In this document: positions 33,930 through 43,045 of the stretch, piece after piece | How the letters are laid out: every line of letters starts with the position of its first letter | Position numbering within the stretch: position 1 is the stretch's first letter | Source of the DNA: a virus | IMG/VR virus record: IMGVR_UViG_3300025715_000001 | DNA length: 64,000 bases | Reading direction: 5' to 3' (one strand) | Position numbers and translations under genes: made by a program | The notes under the pieces: model-generated | Told to the model about the DNA's origin: nothing | Databases searched by the model: none | The model's input: only the letters and a program-made list of their open reading frames with translations

Positions 33930-34208
33930 ATGACTACTAACGATTCTCACATTCCCGCCCGTCCCGGAATCGCGGACTTTTGGGCGGCCCCTCCTGATGC
34001 GCTATTCCCTCGTGTAGCCGTCGCCTCCGTTCTCTCGAAGTCAGTGAGTTGGCTTGAGCGGGCTGCATTGACCGGTGATGGCCCCGCTTTCTGCAAGCTG
34101 GGGCGGCATTCCCTATACCGAAAACGCGACGTTCTCGAATTCATCGAGAAAACCGCCTCGCGCCGGGTCACTTCAACATCGGAATTGCAGGGGGATCCAG
34201 CGGATTAG
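33930..34208 (+). CDS. AlpA/excisionase-type HTH protein
   Basis: 92 aa. The SVSWLERAALTGDGPAFCKLGRHSLYRKRDVLEFIE pattern is typical of the AlpA/MerR-like Xis family. Confidence 0.6.
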   Translation: MTTNDSHIPARPGIADFWAAPPDALFPRVAVASVLSKSVSWLERAALTGDGPAFCKLGRHSLYRKRDVLEFIEKTASRRVTSTSELQGDPAD

Positions 34209-34320
34209 CGGGTTGGTCGCCCCAGCCTGAGCCGGCATTGACCCAGCCCGCGCCAGGGCGGCGCCTAAATTGCGCGCCAAATAACCGGAAACAGAATCAA
34301 TGAGTTAGCTCCGGTTTGTT

Positions 34321-34363
34321 GGCGCGATTTGGCTTGGATTTGGCGCGATTTGGCGCGATTTGA
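34321..34363. repeat. four tandem 10-11-nt repeats GGCGCGATTT / GGCTTGGATTT about 40 bp upstream of a promoter
   Basis: Read directly. The period is about one helical turn. Confidence 0.7.
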
Positions 34364-34400
34364 CGCCATGGTAACTACGAAAAATAATTCACTCCCCCTA

Positions 34401-34429
34401 TTGACACAGTTACGAATCTGGGTTAGTCT
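34401..34429 (+). promoter_or_regulatory. sigma70-like promoter TTGACA-17-TAGTCT
   Basis: Same hexamers as the promoter at 19968. Precedes the 34477 gene cluster. Confidence 0.45.
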
Positions 34430-34476
34430 AGAACCATGAACAGCGGCATGGGGCCGCTGGGAACTGGAGAAAGACG

Positions 34477-34725
34477 ATGAACACCACAGAATATAGAATT
34501 CGCCCAGTCAGATATGCGACCCGGCTTTTCGGGGCCGACCGACCGGTAAAAACGGAATGGGTCGTCGAGCAAAAGAGGGATCGTCTTCCAGATGTAGACG
34601 AGTACCAGCATGACGGCTGGGTACAAATAACTTCTGGTATCACCGAGATCGAGGCAAAAAAATACTTTGCCCGCTGGCTGAACGCTGAAGTTTCAAACGC
34701 CGCAACGGCGGCGGATTTCGGCTAA
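34477..34725 (+). CDS. hypothetical protein
   Basis: GGAGAAAG SD. 82 aa. Confidence 0.5.
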   Translation: MNTTEYRIRPVRYATRLFGADRPVKTEWVVEQKRDRLPDVDEYQHDGWVQITSGITEIEAKKYFARWLNAEVSNAATAADFG

Positions 34726-34777
34726 CCCACCCACCCCCATCCCGCCGCCCTCCGGGGCGGCTCTGAGGAGAATAGAA

Positions 34778-35143
34778 ATGAACGCACACAAACAGATCAA
34801 GGCGGCGCTAAGGGATGTTGATTACCGGCTCCCCATAGGGGAGTACGGGCGCCTGGTGATGTGGATAGACACTGCCGGCGGAATACGCGCCCGGATTGAC
34901 GAGGAATCCCGCCGCGACGCGGCCTATGTGGTCCGGTTGGTCCGGCTGGACAACACGGAAGGCAAGTTGTCGGCGCGCGGCGCGGTGCGCGCGCTGCTGG
35001 AAGCGGAGCCAGAAATCCGCCGCCAACTCGAAGAGGATGCCGCCCGCGACGAGACGGCGGCGGCGATAGTAGCTGTTGACCGCGAGCGGCGCGATGCGAC
35101 GGAGCGCAATCGCCGGCCAATGCCAAGCTGGCAAAAGCGATAA
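34778..35143 (+). CDS. hypothetical protein
   Basis: GAGGAG SD. 121 aa. Confidence 0.5.
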   Translation: MNAHKQIKAALRDVDYRLPIGEYGRLVMWIDTAGGIRARIDEESRRDAAYVVRLVRLDNTEGKLSARGAVRALLEAEPEIRRQLEEDAARDETAAAIVAVDRERRDATERNRRPMPSWQKR

Positions 35144-35190
35144 CCCACCCCCACCCGCCGCCCTCCGGGGCGGCTTTGAAGGAGAAGGAA

Positions 35191-35424
35191 ATGACTGCTT
35201 ACCGTGCTACCCGTTCTGGCGAAAAGCCGGGGGTCCTGTTTGACAGCAGGACCACTAGCGCCGCCAAGGCGCGCGCCAGCCGGGCGTTAGAGGCCGGCGC
35301 ATTTGCCGGCCAGAGCATCACCCTGATCGAGCTGTATGTGGATCAGGATGGCATTCTCGTTCGCACTGATCGCGTATGGAAGAAACAGTACGGGCAATGG
35401 CGTGCCTATGGAGACGCCCAATGA
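35191..35424 (+). CDS. hypothetical protein
   Basis: AAGGAG SD. Sequence MTAYRATRSG... Confidence 0.45.
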   Translation: MTAYRATRSGEKPGVLFDSRTTSAAKARASRALEAGAFAGQSITLIELYVDQDGILVRTDRVWKKQYGQWRAYGDAQ

Positions 35425-35651
35425 AGATCATTGATCGAGACCACGGCGACGTGACCGTCGCCGACGCGGAGATTATTAGCCGCGTCAACCCATACTATGT
35501 GCTAGGGGGCGGTCGCCCGCTCCCGATCGTTTTGCTGGAGGAAAGCGCGGACGGCCAAGTGGCCCGCGCCTGGTTTACCCGCTGGCTCCGCGCCAGCACG
35601 CAGGAACAGATCGAGTTTTGTGGGGCTGGGCTGTTCTGGAGTCCGCCATGA
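35421..35651 (+). CDS. hypothetical protein
   Basis: ATGA overlap with the upstream stop. Confidence 0.45.
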   Translation: MKIIDRDHGDVTVADAEIISRVNPYYVLGGGRPLPIVLLEESADGQVARAWFTRWLRASTQEQIEFCGAGLFWSPP

Positions 35652-35809
35652 CCCCCGCCGCCGCCCTCCGGGCCATGCGCCCGGTTCGCTCCTACAACTG
35701 CGCCCAGTGCGGGCGCGGGTTTACCGCGTCGGATGAAAGGGCGCGGTATTGCAGCAATAGATGCCGCCAGGCCGCGAAGTATCAGCGGGTCAAGGCGGCA
35801 AAAAAGTAA
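35648..35809 (+). CDS. small zinc-ribbon protein
   Basis: CAQCG....YCSNRCRQAAKYQR. ATGA overlap. Confidence 0.45.
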   Translation: MTPAAALRAMRPVRSYNCAQCGRGFTASDERARYCSNRCRQAAKYQRVKAAKK

Positions 35810-35826
35810 AAGCCCACCACCCACAA

Positions 35827-35849
35827 ACCCGCCCCTCGGCGGGTTTTTT
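35827..35849 (+). terminator. rho-independent terminator
   Basis: ACCCGCC-CCTC-GGCGGGT + TTTTT. Confidence 0.7.
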
Positions 35850-35946
35850 GTGTCTGCGTACCTATTTTTTAGGGGAATGCAGCACGGAGTATTGACAGCG
35901 ACGGGGAAATGTGATTATTAGAATATTAGAATATTCTAATATACTG

Positions 35947-36315
35947 ATGGATAGAGCGATGCCGGCAGGCCGACCAACTAAATATCGAGCAGAGATGTGT
36001 GACCGGGCGTATGAGGCGCTCTGTACGGGCGGCACCCTGGCGCATGTCGCTGTGGCGCTGGATGTGGATGAGGAAACGGTAGAAATTTGGCGCGGTAAAC
36101 ACCCTGAATTTTCCGTAGCGATAAAAAGGGGTCTCGCCCACGCAAAAATTCTATGGCTAGAAAAAAAAGAAAACGGAATGAGTCCCGGGTGTTGGGTATT
36201 CAGTATGAAAAATATTTTTCAGTGGCGCGATACCCAAACTACGGAGCATACCGGGGGGATTAACGTGAATGTCCGGTTGAATATGACGGGGAATGATCCT
36301 CGTGGAACAGATTGA
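35947..36315 (+). CDS. terS: terminase small subunit (HTH type)
   Basis: GRPTKY....C......C..G.TL..VA..L.V...T...W...HPEF pattern, and position directly before terL. Confidence 0.65.
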   Translation: MDRAMPAGRPTKYRAEMCDRAYEALCTGGTLAHVAVALDVDEETVEIWRGKHPEFSVAIKRGLAHAKILWLEKKENGMSPGCWVFSMKNIFQWRDTQTTEHTGGINVNVRLNMTGNDPRGTD

Positions 36316-37738
36316 CATTCAGTACACAGCGCCCCCTACAGCGGCCCGAATGCACGCTGATGATTCGTTTGTGCGGGGTATTATGGGGCCAATCGGCAGT
36401 GGAAAATCAGTCGCGTGCGTGATGGAGATTATGGCGCGGGCTATGCGGCAAGCGCCCGGCTCGGACAAAATCCGCAGAACGCGCTGGGCGATCATTCGCA
36501 ACAGCTATCCTGAATTGCGCTCCACCACCATCAAAACCGTTTTGGACTGGTGGCCGCCGGCGCTCTGTATGATGCGCTGGGATGCGCCGATTACCGGGCG
36601 CATTCGGTTTCCGCTCGGTGATGGAACGCAGTTGGATACTGAGTTGTTTTTCCTGGCGCTGGATTTGCCCAAAGACACGAAAAAGCTGTTGTCGCTCGAA
36701 TTGACCGGAGCCTGGGTCAATGAGGCACGCGAAATTGACAAAACGATCATTGATACCGTGACCTCCCGTGTGGGGCGCTATCCGTCCAAACGCGCGGGCG
36801 GGCCTACGTGGTCGGGCGTAGTGATGGACACCAATCCGCCCGACGAAACCCATTGGTGGTATCACCTGGCGGAAGAAAACACCCCTCCCGACTGGAAATT
36901 CTGGCGTCAGCCGCCCGCGCTGTTTTTGCGCGAGGGGCAATACCGCATCAATCTCTCCGCAGAAAATATCCAGCATCAACCGCTCGGCGGCGACTATTGG
37001 CTGCGGCAGGTAGGCGGCAAAACCCCGGAGTGGATTCGGGTCTATCTGATGGGCGAGTACGGAACTGTGCTCGCGGGAAAGGCGATTTTTTCCGACAGTT
37101 GGAACGACCAACTACATGTGGGCGATGTGTTGCCGTTGCCGCGCCATGAAATTATTTGCGGCTGGGATTGGGGATTGACGCCGGCGTGCGTCATCGCGCA
37201 GGTGTCCCCCCAAGGGCAGCTACGGATATTGGATGAGATCATCGGGAATAATATCGGCGTACAGCAGTTCGCGGATGGATTTGTCCGGCCATTGCTGAAA
37301 ACCAAATACCGGGATAGTCCGCAAACCCATATTGGCGATCCAGCAGGCCGCCAACGCAGCCAGACCGATGAGCGTACCGTGTTTGACGAATTGGCGCGGA
37401 TTGGCATTTCAGTGCTGCCGACTAATAATAACAGTCCACTGGCGCGATGGGAGGCGGTTCGTTATTTCCTGACCCGCCTGGTTTCGGGTCAGCCGGGATT
37501 GGTATTGGATCGGTCCTGTAAAACGTTGCGCAAAGGGTTTAGCGGCGGGTATCGGTTTCGCCAGTTGCAGGTTTCCGGTGATACTCGCTACAGCGAACAG
37601 GCCGACAAAAACGAGTACAGCCATTGTCACGATGCACTGGGGTATCTGTGTCAATATCTGCGTGAGCCGACGTTTTATAATACTGAGCCTGCGATTGACG
37701 CCGGCGTCATCGCGTATGACACCGTAGCTGGATATTGA
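36293..37738 (+). CDS. terL: terminase large subunit
   Basis: Walker A GPIGSGKS and the conserved WAIIRNSYPEL segment. A C-terminal nuclease-type region with HCHDALGY. 481 aa. Confidence 0.85.
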   Translation: MILVEQIDIQYTAPPTAARMHADDSFVRGIMGPIGSGKSVACVMEIMARAMRQAPGSDKIRRTRWAIIRNSYPELRSTTIKTVLDWWPPALCMMRWDAPITGRIRFPLGDGTQLDTELFFLALDLPKDTKKLLSLELTGAWVNEAREIDKTIIDTVTSRVGRYPSKRAGGPTWSGVVMDTNPPDETHWWYHLAEENTPPDWKFWRQPPALFLREGQYRINLSAENIQHQPLGGDYWLRQVGGKTPEWIRVYLMGEYGTVLAGKAIFSDSWNDQLHVGDVLPLPRHEIICGWDWGLTPACVIAQVSPQGQLRILDEIIGNNIGVQQFADGFVRPLLKTKYRDSPQTHIGDPAGRQRSQTDERTVFDELARIGISVLPTNNNSPLARWEAVRYFLTRLVSGQPGLVLDRSCKTLRKGFSGGYRFRQLQVSGDTRYSEQADKNEYSHCHDALGYLCQYLREPTFYNTEPAIDAGVIAYDTVAGY

Positions 37739-37739
37739 C

Positions 37740-39752
37740 ATGCCGATTCCCTCCTCCGCGATTCAGGGCAAATTAGACGAACTGGGCGGGATGCTCCGGC
37801 AAAAAGCGGTGGCCCAGGCCGGGGCCAAATACACGATTGAACAGCGCTGGCTAGAAGATACCCGGCAGTATCACGGTCAGTATTCTGAAGAAACCGAGGC
37901 GCGATTGACGGCGGACAAAACCGGCGCCAGCCGGATTTTTATCAACCTCACGCGCCCGAAATGTGAAGCGCTGGAGTCGCGGCTGGCGGAAATGCTGTAT
38001 CCCACGGATGATCGGAACTGGGAAATCATTCCGACGCCGAACCCTGAACTGGCCGCGAATTTGCGTTCGCCGAATCCCGCCGCCGTCGAGTCCGCGCAAT
38101 GGCTGCAACAGTCCGCAAAACGCGCTGCCGAGGCGATGCAGCGGCTGATGGACGACCAACTGACGGAAACGCAGTACAGCGAGAAAGCCAAAGCGGCGAT
38201 CCATGATGCGGTGATGCTGGGGACCGGCGTGCTGAAAGGGCCGGTCATCGCCGCCCGTAGTGAGAAACGTTGGGTGTCCGCTGGCGGGGTGCAGGTGCTG
38301 TCGGTGCAGCAGATCATCGCGCCCGAAATCGAGGTGGTGTCCCCATGGGATTTTTTCCCAGATATGTCCGCCGCGAATCTGGGCGAGTGCGAATTCGTGT
38401 TCGAGCGCCGATTTATCACCCGGCGCACCCTCCGGCAACTGGCGCAGCGGCCCGGCTACCGAGCGGAATCCATCCGGGAGGTGCTGCGGGATGACCCGCG
38501 CGGTTCCCGCATTTCCGACTGGCAGCGGGCGCAACTGCGCGAGGTGCTGGAGGTCGGCCAACCGTGGGACGAGACTCAATATGAGTGGTGGCAGTACCAC
38601 GGGCCGATTGAGCGCGAGGACGCCGAGGCGCTGGGGCTGTCGTTGCCCGATGACCCGCTGATCGGGTTAGAGGTAATGGTCGAGTTCGTCGGGACGCGGG
38701 TCATTCGGGTCGAGCTACACCCGCTGGATACGCAGGATACGGTCTATTCGCTGTTTTCGCTGGTCGAGGACGATAGCACGCCATTTGGCTATGGCGTGCC
38801 CTATTTGTTGAGAAGCGCGCAAACAGCGATCAATGCGGCGTGGCGGATGATGCTGGACAATGCCGCGCTGGCGATTGGCCCCCAGATCGTCATCAATCAG
38901 CACGTGATTAAACCCGCTGACGGGATTTATGCGCTGTCGCCGAGAAAACTCTGGCTGCTGAATGACCCGACGCGCAATGTGCGCGAGGCGTTCGAGGCGT
39001 TTCAGGTCCAATCCAATCAGCCCGAACTGATGGGCATCATCGAATTAGCACGGGCGCTGATCGAAAAAGAATCCAACATTCCTGATTTGATGCAGGGCGA
39101 TTTGGGTTCGATGCCGCAGCAGACCGCCAGCGGGATGAGCATGGCGATGAACGCCGCCAACACGGTACTGCGACGGCTGGTGAAACGCTGGGATGATCAA
39201 ATCACTAAAACGCTGATTCGCCGGTTCTACGACTACAACATGCAGTACAGCGAACTCCAGGATGTGAAGGGCGATTTTGAAATAAATGCGCGCGGCTCGT
39301 CGGCGTTGATGGTGAAAGAGACCCAGGCCCAGTCGCTGATGCAGCTCCTGCAACTCGCACAATCGCCGACGCTGTTGCCGCTGACGAAAATCAGCGCGCT
39401 CTATCGGAAACTGGTGGAAACGCTGCGGTTGTCCGCCGATGAACTGGTCTATTCCGATGACGAGTTGACGGCGATGCAGCAGCAACAAATGGCCATGCAG
39501 CAGCAGGCTCAGCTACCGGCGCCGGACCCGCAGGCGCAAATGGCGCAGCAACAGCAACAACTGGACGCCGAGAAAGCCGCGATGCAGGCCCAACTGAAAC
39601 GCGATGAGATTGCGGCCCGCGAGCGGGTCGAAATGGCAAAACTGGCCGATAAAGAGCAGGACCGGCAGATGGAGTTTGAAAAAGAGGCGTTGCGCGCGGA
39701 ACAACTGGATGCCGAAGCCCGACTGAAAATGACGCTGGGAAGTGGGCTGTAA
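37740..39752 (+). CDS. portal protein
   Basis: 670 aa, directly after terL, with a Q-rich coiled-coil C-terminus. Confidence 0.75.
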   Translation: MPIPSSAIQGKLDELGGMLRQKAVAQAGAKYTIEQRWLEDTRQYHGQYSEETEARLTADKTGASRIFINLTRPKCEALESRLAEMLYPTDDRNWEIIPTPNPELAANLRSPNPAAVESAQWLQQSAKRAAEAMQRLMDDQLTETQYSEKAKAAIHDAVMLGTGVLKGPVIAARSEKRWVSAGGVQVLSVQQIIAPEIEVVSPWDFFPDMSAANLGECEFVFERRFITRRTLRQLAQRPGYRAESIREVLRDDPRGSRISDWQRAQLREVLEVGQPWDETQYEWWQYHGPIEREDAEALGLSLPDDPLIGLEVMVEFVGTRVIRVELHPLDTQDTVYSLFSLVEDDSTPFGYGVPYLLRSAQTAINAAWRMMLDNAALAIGPQIVINQHVIKPADGIYALSPRKLWLLNDPTRNVREAFEAFQVQSNQPELMGIIELARALIEKESNIPDLMQGDLGSMPQQTASGMSMAMNAANTVLRRLVKRWDDQITKTLIRRFYDYNMQYSELQDVKGDFEINARGSSALMVKETQAQSLMQLLQLAQSPTLLPLTKISALYRKLVETLRLSADELVYSDDELTAMQQQQMAMQQQAQLPAPDPQAQMAQQQQQLDAEKAAMQAQLKRDEIAARERVEMAKLADKEQDRQMEFEKEALRAEQLDAEARLKMTLGSGL

Positions 39753-39967
39753 TGGGAAAGGTCGTGCAATTTAACGGCATCACCCGACTGGATTTGCCAC
39801 CAGATCGCATCCTCAGCAACGCGATGGAGCAATTGGAATCGGTGGTGATTATCGGCTATGACACGCAAGGGAACGAGTATTTTGCGACAAATCTGGCAGA
39901 CGGCGGGACTGTGCTGTGGTTGTTAGAGCGGTGCAAAAAAGACCTGCTGGAGTTGATTGATGATTGA
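39752..39967 (+). CDS. hypothetical small head-module protein
   Basis: ORF overlapping the portal stop. Confidence 0.4.
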   Translation: MGKVVQFNGITRLDLPPDRILSNAMEQLESVVIIGYDTQGNEYFATNLADGGTVLWLLERCKKDLLELIDD

Positions 39968-40181
39968 CCGCGACTCGGAGAGCTGGCGCGACGTAGAACT
40001 GTACCTTACTGCCGCGATTCAGCGCGCTCAGGAAGAATTGGCGAGTCCGGCGTTGGATTGGCCGATGACGCAGTATGTACGAGGCCGACTGACCGAACTG
40101 CAACAGATTTTGGATTTGCCTGCGGTTCAACGCGCGCAACAGGAACCTGTTTTTATGCTAAAACCCGGAGAGATTTATTGA
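39957..40181 (+). CDS. hypothetical small head-module protein
   Basis: Overlapping ORF. Confidence 0.4.
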   Translation: MMIDRDSESWRDVELYLTAAIQRAQEELASPALDWPMTQYVRGRLTELQQILDLPAVQRAQQEPVFMLKPGEIY

Positions 40182-40182
40182 T

Positions 40183-40893
40183 ATGAAAATCGAAATCAAA
40201 GCCAAACCAGGCGGCATGGACGACATGAATGAACCGCGCATGGATCAGGACGAGGATATGAGCGGTTATGCGCTGGACGAGAGTGGGTTGTTTGGCGAAA
40301 CCGAATCCCCAGAGCCGCCTACGGCTGAAGCGCCGATTGAGAAGCCGGCGCTGGCGGATGTCGTGCCAGAGGCCAATAGCGAAATCGAAGACCGCATTAA
40401 AGCAGTCGAGAACCAGTTGGCTGCCGCGAAAGAGCGGGCCGTTGAACCCGCGCCCGCGATGCCCGGCGAATCGCCAGGCATGGCCCCGGAAATGAGCGAA
40501 TGGGAGCAATTCAAAGCCGACTACCCCGATATTGCATCGCCGGTCGAGAAAATGCTGACGATGCGGGAACAGACCCGCGATCAGCAGATGGCCGCGATGC
40601 ACGCCCGGATTTTCGAGGAGGCGATGGACGCCGCTCGCCCGACCTGGCGTGATCTGCGCGACGATCCGGGGTTTGGTGCGTGGCTGGAGGCCAACCCGGA
40701 GCAACAGGCGGCGGCGCAAACCCCTGGAGTCCGCGCGGCGCTGAAAGTCCTGGACGCCTACGAGTCCGGCAAGAAAGCCAGCGACGTGACCGCCCAGCGA
40801 CAGGAGCGGCTGGCCGGCGCGGTAGCGACCCCCGCTAAAAGCAGTCGCGCGCCGGCGCTCAGCGATACGCTGGACGGCTGGGCCGCCGATTAG
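40183..40893 (+). CDS. scaffolding protein (inferred)
   Basis: Acidic, helical 236-aa protein between the portal and capsid genes. Confidence 0.55.
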   Translation: MKIEIKAKPGGMDDMNEPRMDQDEDMSGYALDESGLFGETESPEPPTAEAPIEKPALADVVPEANSEIEDRIKAVENQLAAAKERAVEPAPAMPGESPGMAPEMSEWEQFKADYPDIASPVEKMLTMREQTRDQQMAAMHARIFEEAMDAARPTWRDLRDDPGFGAWLEANPEQQAAAQTPGVRAALKVLDAYESGKKASDVTAQRQERLAGAVATPAKSSRAPALSDTLDGWAAD

Positions 40894-40985
40894 ATTTTGA
40901 GTTGAAGTAAAGAGTTGGACTGTCGAGAGACAGACCGTTCGTTTTTACCGCCGTGAGGCGGAATGCAGTGTGAGGTATTTGAGTC

Positions 40986-41984
40986 ATGGCCGTTACGACC
41001 TATGGTGACATTTCCCAGCGGACCGCCAACTGGGCGGTCAAAACCATGCTGGAACACGCGCGCCCGGTGCTGGTGCTGAATCAGTTTGGCCGCACCTACC
41101 CCATCCCCAAGAATAAGGCCGAGCGGGCGAAATTCCGCCGCCCGGTGCCGTTCGCGGCAGCGATGACCCCACTGGTGGAGGGGGTGACGCCGACCAGCCA
41201 CAAGATTTCGTATGAAGATGTCGAGGTGCTGCTCCAGCAGTACGGTGATATTTACGAGATCAGCGACAAAATTCAGGACCTCGCTGAGGACCCGGTGCTG
41301 GCCAATGCGGTCATGCTGGCCGGGGAGCAAGCGGCGGAAACCGAAGAAATGCTGCTGTGGGGCATCATCAAGGCGGGAACCAACAAGTTCTATACCAATG
41401 GCACGCAGCGCACCGATGTGAATACGGTCTGGGCGCTGACCGACCAGCGGGCCGTCGTGCGGTCGCTGCGGACCAATCGCGCCCGCCCGGTCACGCAGAT
41501 GCTGGGCGGTTCGCCGGACAGCAACACGACCCCGGTGGAGGGCGGGTACATTGCGTTTGCCCATACTGATTTTGAACACGATCTCCGCCAGGTGGCCGGG
41601 ACGGCGTTCACTCCGGTGGCGCAGTACGGGAGCCGGAAACCGCTGTGCCCGGAAGAAATTGGTAGCGTTGAAAACGTCCGCTACATCCTGTCCCCGTTAC
41701 TGGAGCCGTACCCCGATGCCGGCGACACCAAGGGCAGCATGAAATCCACCAGTGGCGCAAAAGCCGATGTGTACCCGATCATCTACATCAGCCAGGAGTA
41801 CTACGCGACCTGCCCGCTGGCCGGGAAGGGGATGATCAAACCGACCGTGCTCAACCCTGGCACGCCCAGTAAATCGGACCCGTTGGGTCAGCGCGGGTAC
41901 GTGGGATGGAAGACCTGGTGGGCCGGCTGCATCCTCAATGAGGCATGGGGCGCGTGCTTGGAAGCGGCGGTCACGGCGATCTAA
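40986..41984 (+). CDS. major capsid protein (HK97 fold; resembles the N4 gp56-type family)
   Basis: 332 aa. The position, and the LVEGVTP...QYGD.YEISDK segment typical of this capsid family. Confidence 0.7.
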   Translation: MAVTTYGDISQRTANWAVKTMLEHARPVLVLNQFGRTYPIPKNKAERAKFRRPVPFAAAMTPLVEGVTPTSHKISYEDVEVLLQQYGDIYEISDKIQDLAEDPVLANAVMLAGEQAAETEEMLLWGIIKAGTNKFYTNGTQRTDVNTVWALTDQRAVVRSLRTNRARPVTQMLGGSPDSNTTPVEGGYIAFAHTDFEHDLRQVAGTAFTPVAQYGSRKPLCPEEIGSVENVRYILSPLLEPYPDAGDTKGSMKSTSGAKADVYPIIYISQEYYATCPLAGKGMIKPTVLNPGTPSKSDPLGQRGYVGWKTWWAGCILNEAWGACLEAAVTAI

Positions 41985-42035
41985 TTCGATTCCCTGTTTT
42001 GCGCCGGTGGAGAGCCGGCGCTTGGAGATTTTGTC

Positions 42036-42530
42036 ATGAGTGTGAATTTGTCTGATTCCCCCTACGCTTACCTGCGGTCTCTGCTCGGTACGCGCAGCCA
42101 CGGCAAAGCCGGGCTGGCGATCCACGGCGCAAATCTGGAGAACGTCCAGACCACCGCCGGCATTGATTTTTCGATTGACGGGGTTGTGTATTCGTTTGGG
42201 CTGGCTGGCGAGATTGACCTGTCGGCGCTGACGGTGATTGACCCCGATACCGGCGACACCACTACGATTTCGGCTCAGGCCGATGACACCGACCGCATCT
42301 ATCTGTTGGCGCTGACCAGCGCGGGCGCGGTGCGGATTATTCAGGGCGTCGCGGTAGAGACCGGCGAGACCTGCTATTGCCCGCAGTGCCCGGTGACCCT
42401 GGCGCCGTTTGGGGCGGTCAAGGTCGAGAACAATTCGGGCGCCGCCTTTACGTTTGGCACAACCTCGCTGGGCGCAGCGGGGATTACCGATAGCTATTAC
42501 GACCTCTGTGTCACTCCGGTTTCGCTGTAA
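42036..42530 (+). CDS. 164-aa capsid-module paralog 1 (possible decoration or head-fibre protein)
   Basis: First of three tandem equal-length paralogs. Confidence 0.55.
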   Translation: MSVNLSDSPYAYLRSLLGTRSHGKAGLAIHGANLENVQTTAGIDFSIDGVVYSFGLAGEIDLSALTVIDPDTGDTTTISAQADDTDRIYLLALTSAGAVRIIQGVAVETGETCYCPQCPVTLAPFGAVKVENNSGAAFTFGTTSLGAAGITDSYYDLCVTPVSL

Positions 42531-42541
42531 GGATTATTGCC

Positions 42542-43036
42542 ATGCCCAATTACACCTCTCTGGCGGCTACTAACACCGTCATCCGCAACACCACCGCGAA
42601 CCGCTGTTTCGGCAAGGCCGGGCTGGCGATCCACGGCGCGAACGTCGAAAACGTCCAGACCGTCGCCGCCGTGGATTATTCCATCGCCGGCGTGATGTAC
42701 CAACTGGCCATCACCGCCGAGATTGACCTGTCGGCCCTGAGCTGCATCACCGAAACGGGCGCAGCGGATACGCTCACGGCTCAGGCCAAAAACACCGACC
42801 GGGCGTATTTGTTGGTCCTGAATGCGGCGGGCACCGTCAAAGTCATTCAGGGTACGGCGGTCGCGACGGCGGGGACCTGCGTGGTGCCGGGGTGCCCGGA
42901 TGGCTATGCGCCGTTGGGGGTCATCAAAGTAGTGAACGGGAATACCGCGACGTTTACTCTGGGCACGACCAATTTTACGGCAGCCGCCGTCACGGCGACC
43001 TATTACGACGTGTCGCTGGCCCCGGCGAGCGTTTAA
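42542..43036 (+). CDS. 164-aa capsid-module paralog 2
   Basis: MPNYTSLA..., LAIHGANVENVQT, DLSALSCITETGAADTLTAQA. Confidence 0.55.
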   Translation: MPNYTSLAATNTVIRNTTANRCFGKAGLAIHGANVENVQTVAAVDYSIAGVMYQLAITAEIDLSALSCITETGAADTLTAQAKNTDRAYLLVLNAAGTVKVIQGTAVATAGTCVVPGCPDGYAPLGVIKVVNGNTATFTLGTTNFTAAAVTATYYDVSLAPASV

Positions 43037-43045
43037 GGAGGGCTA

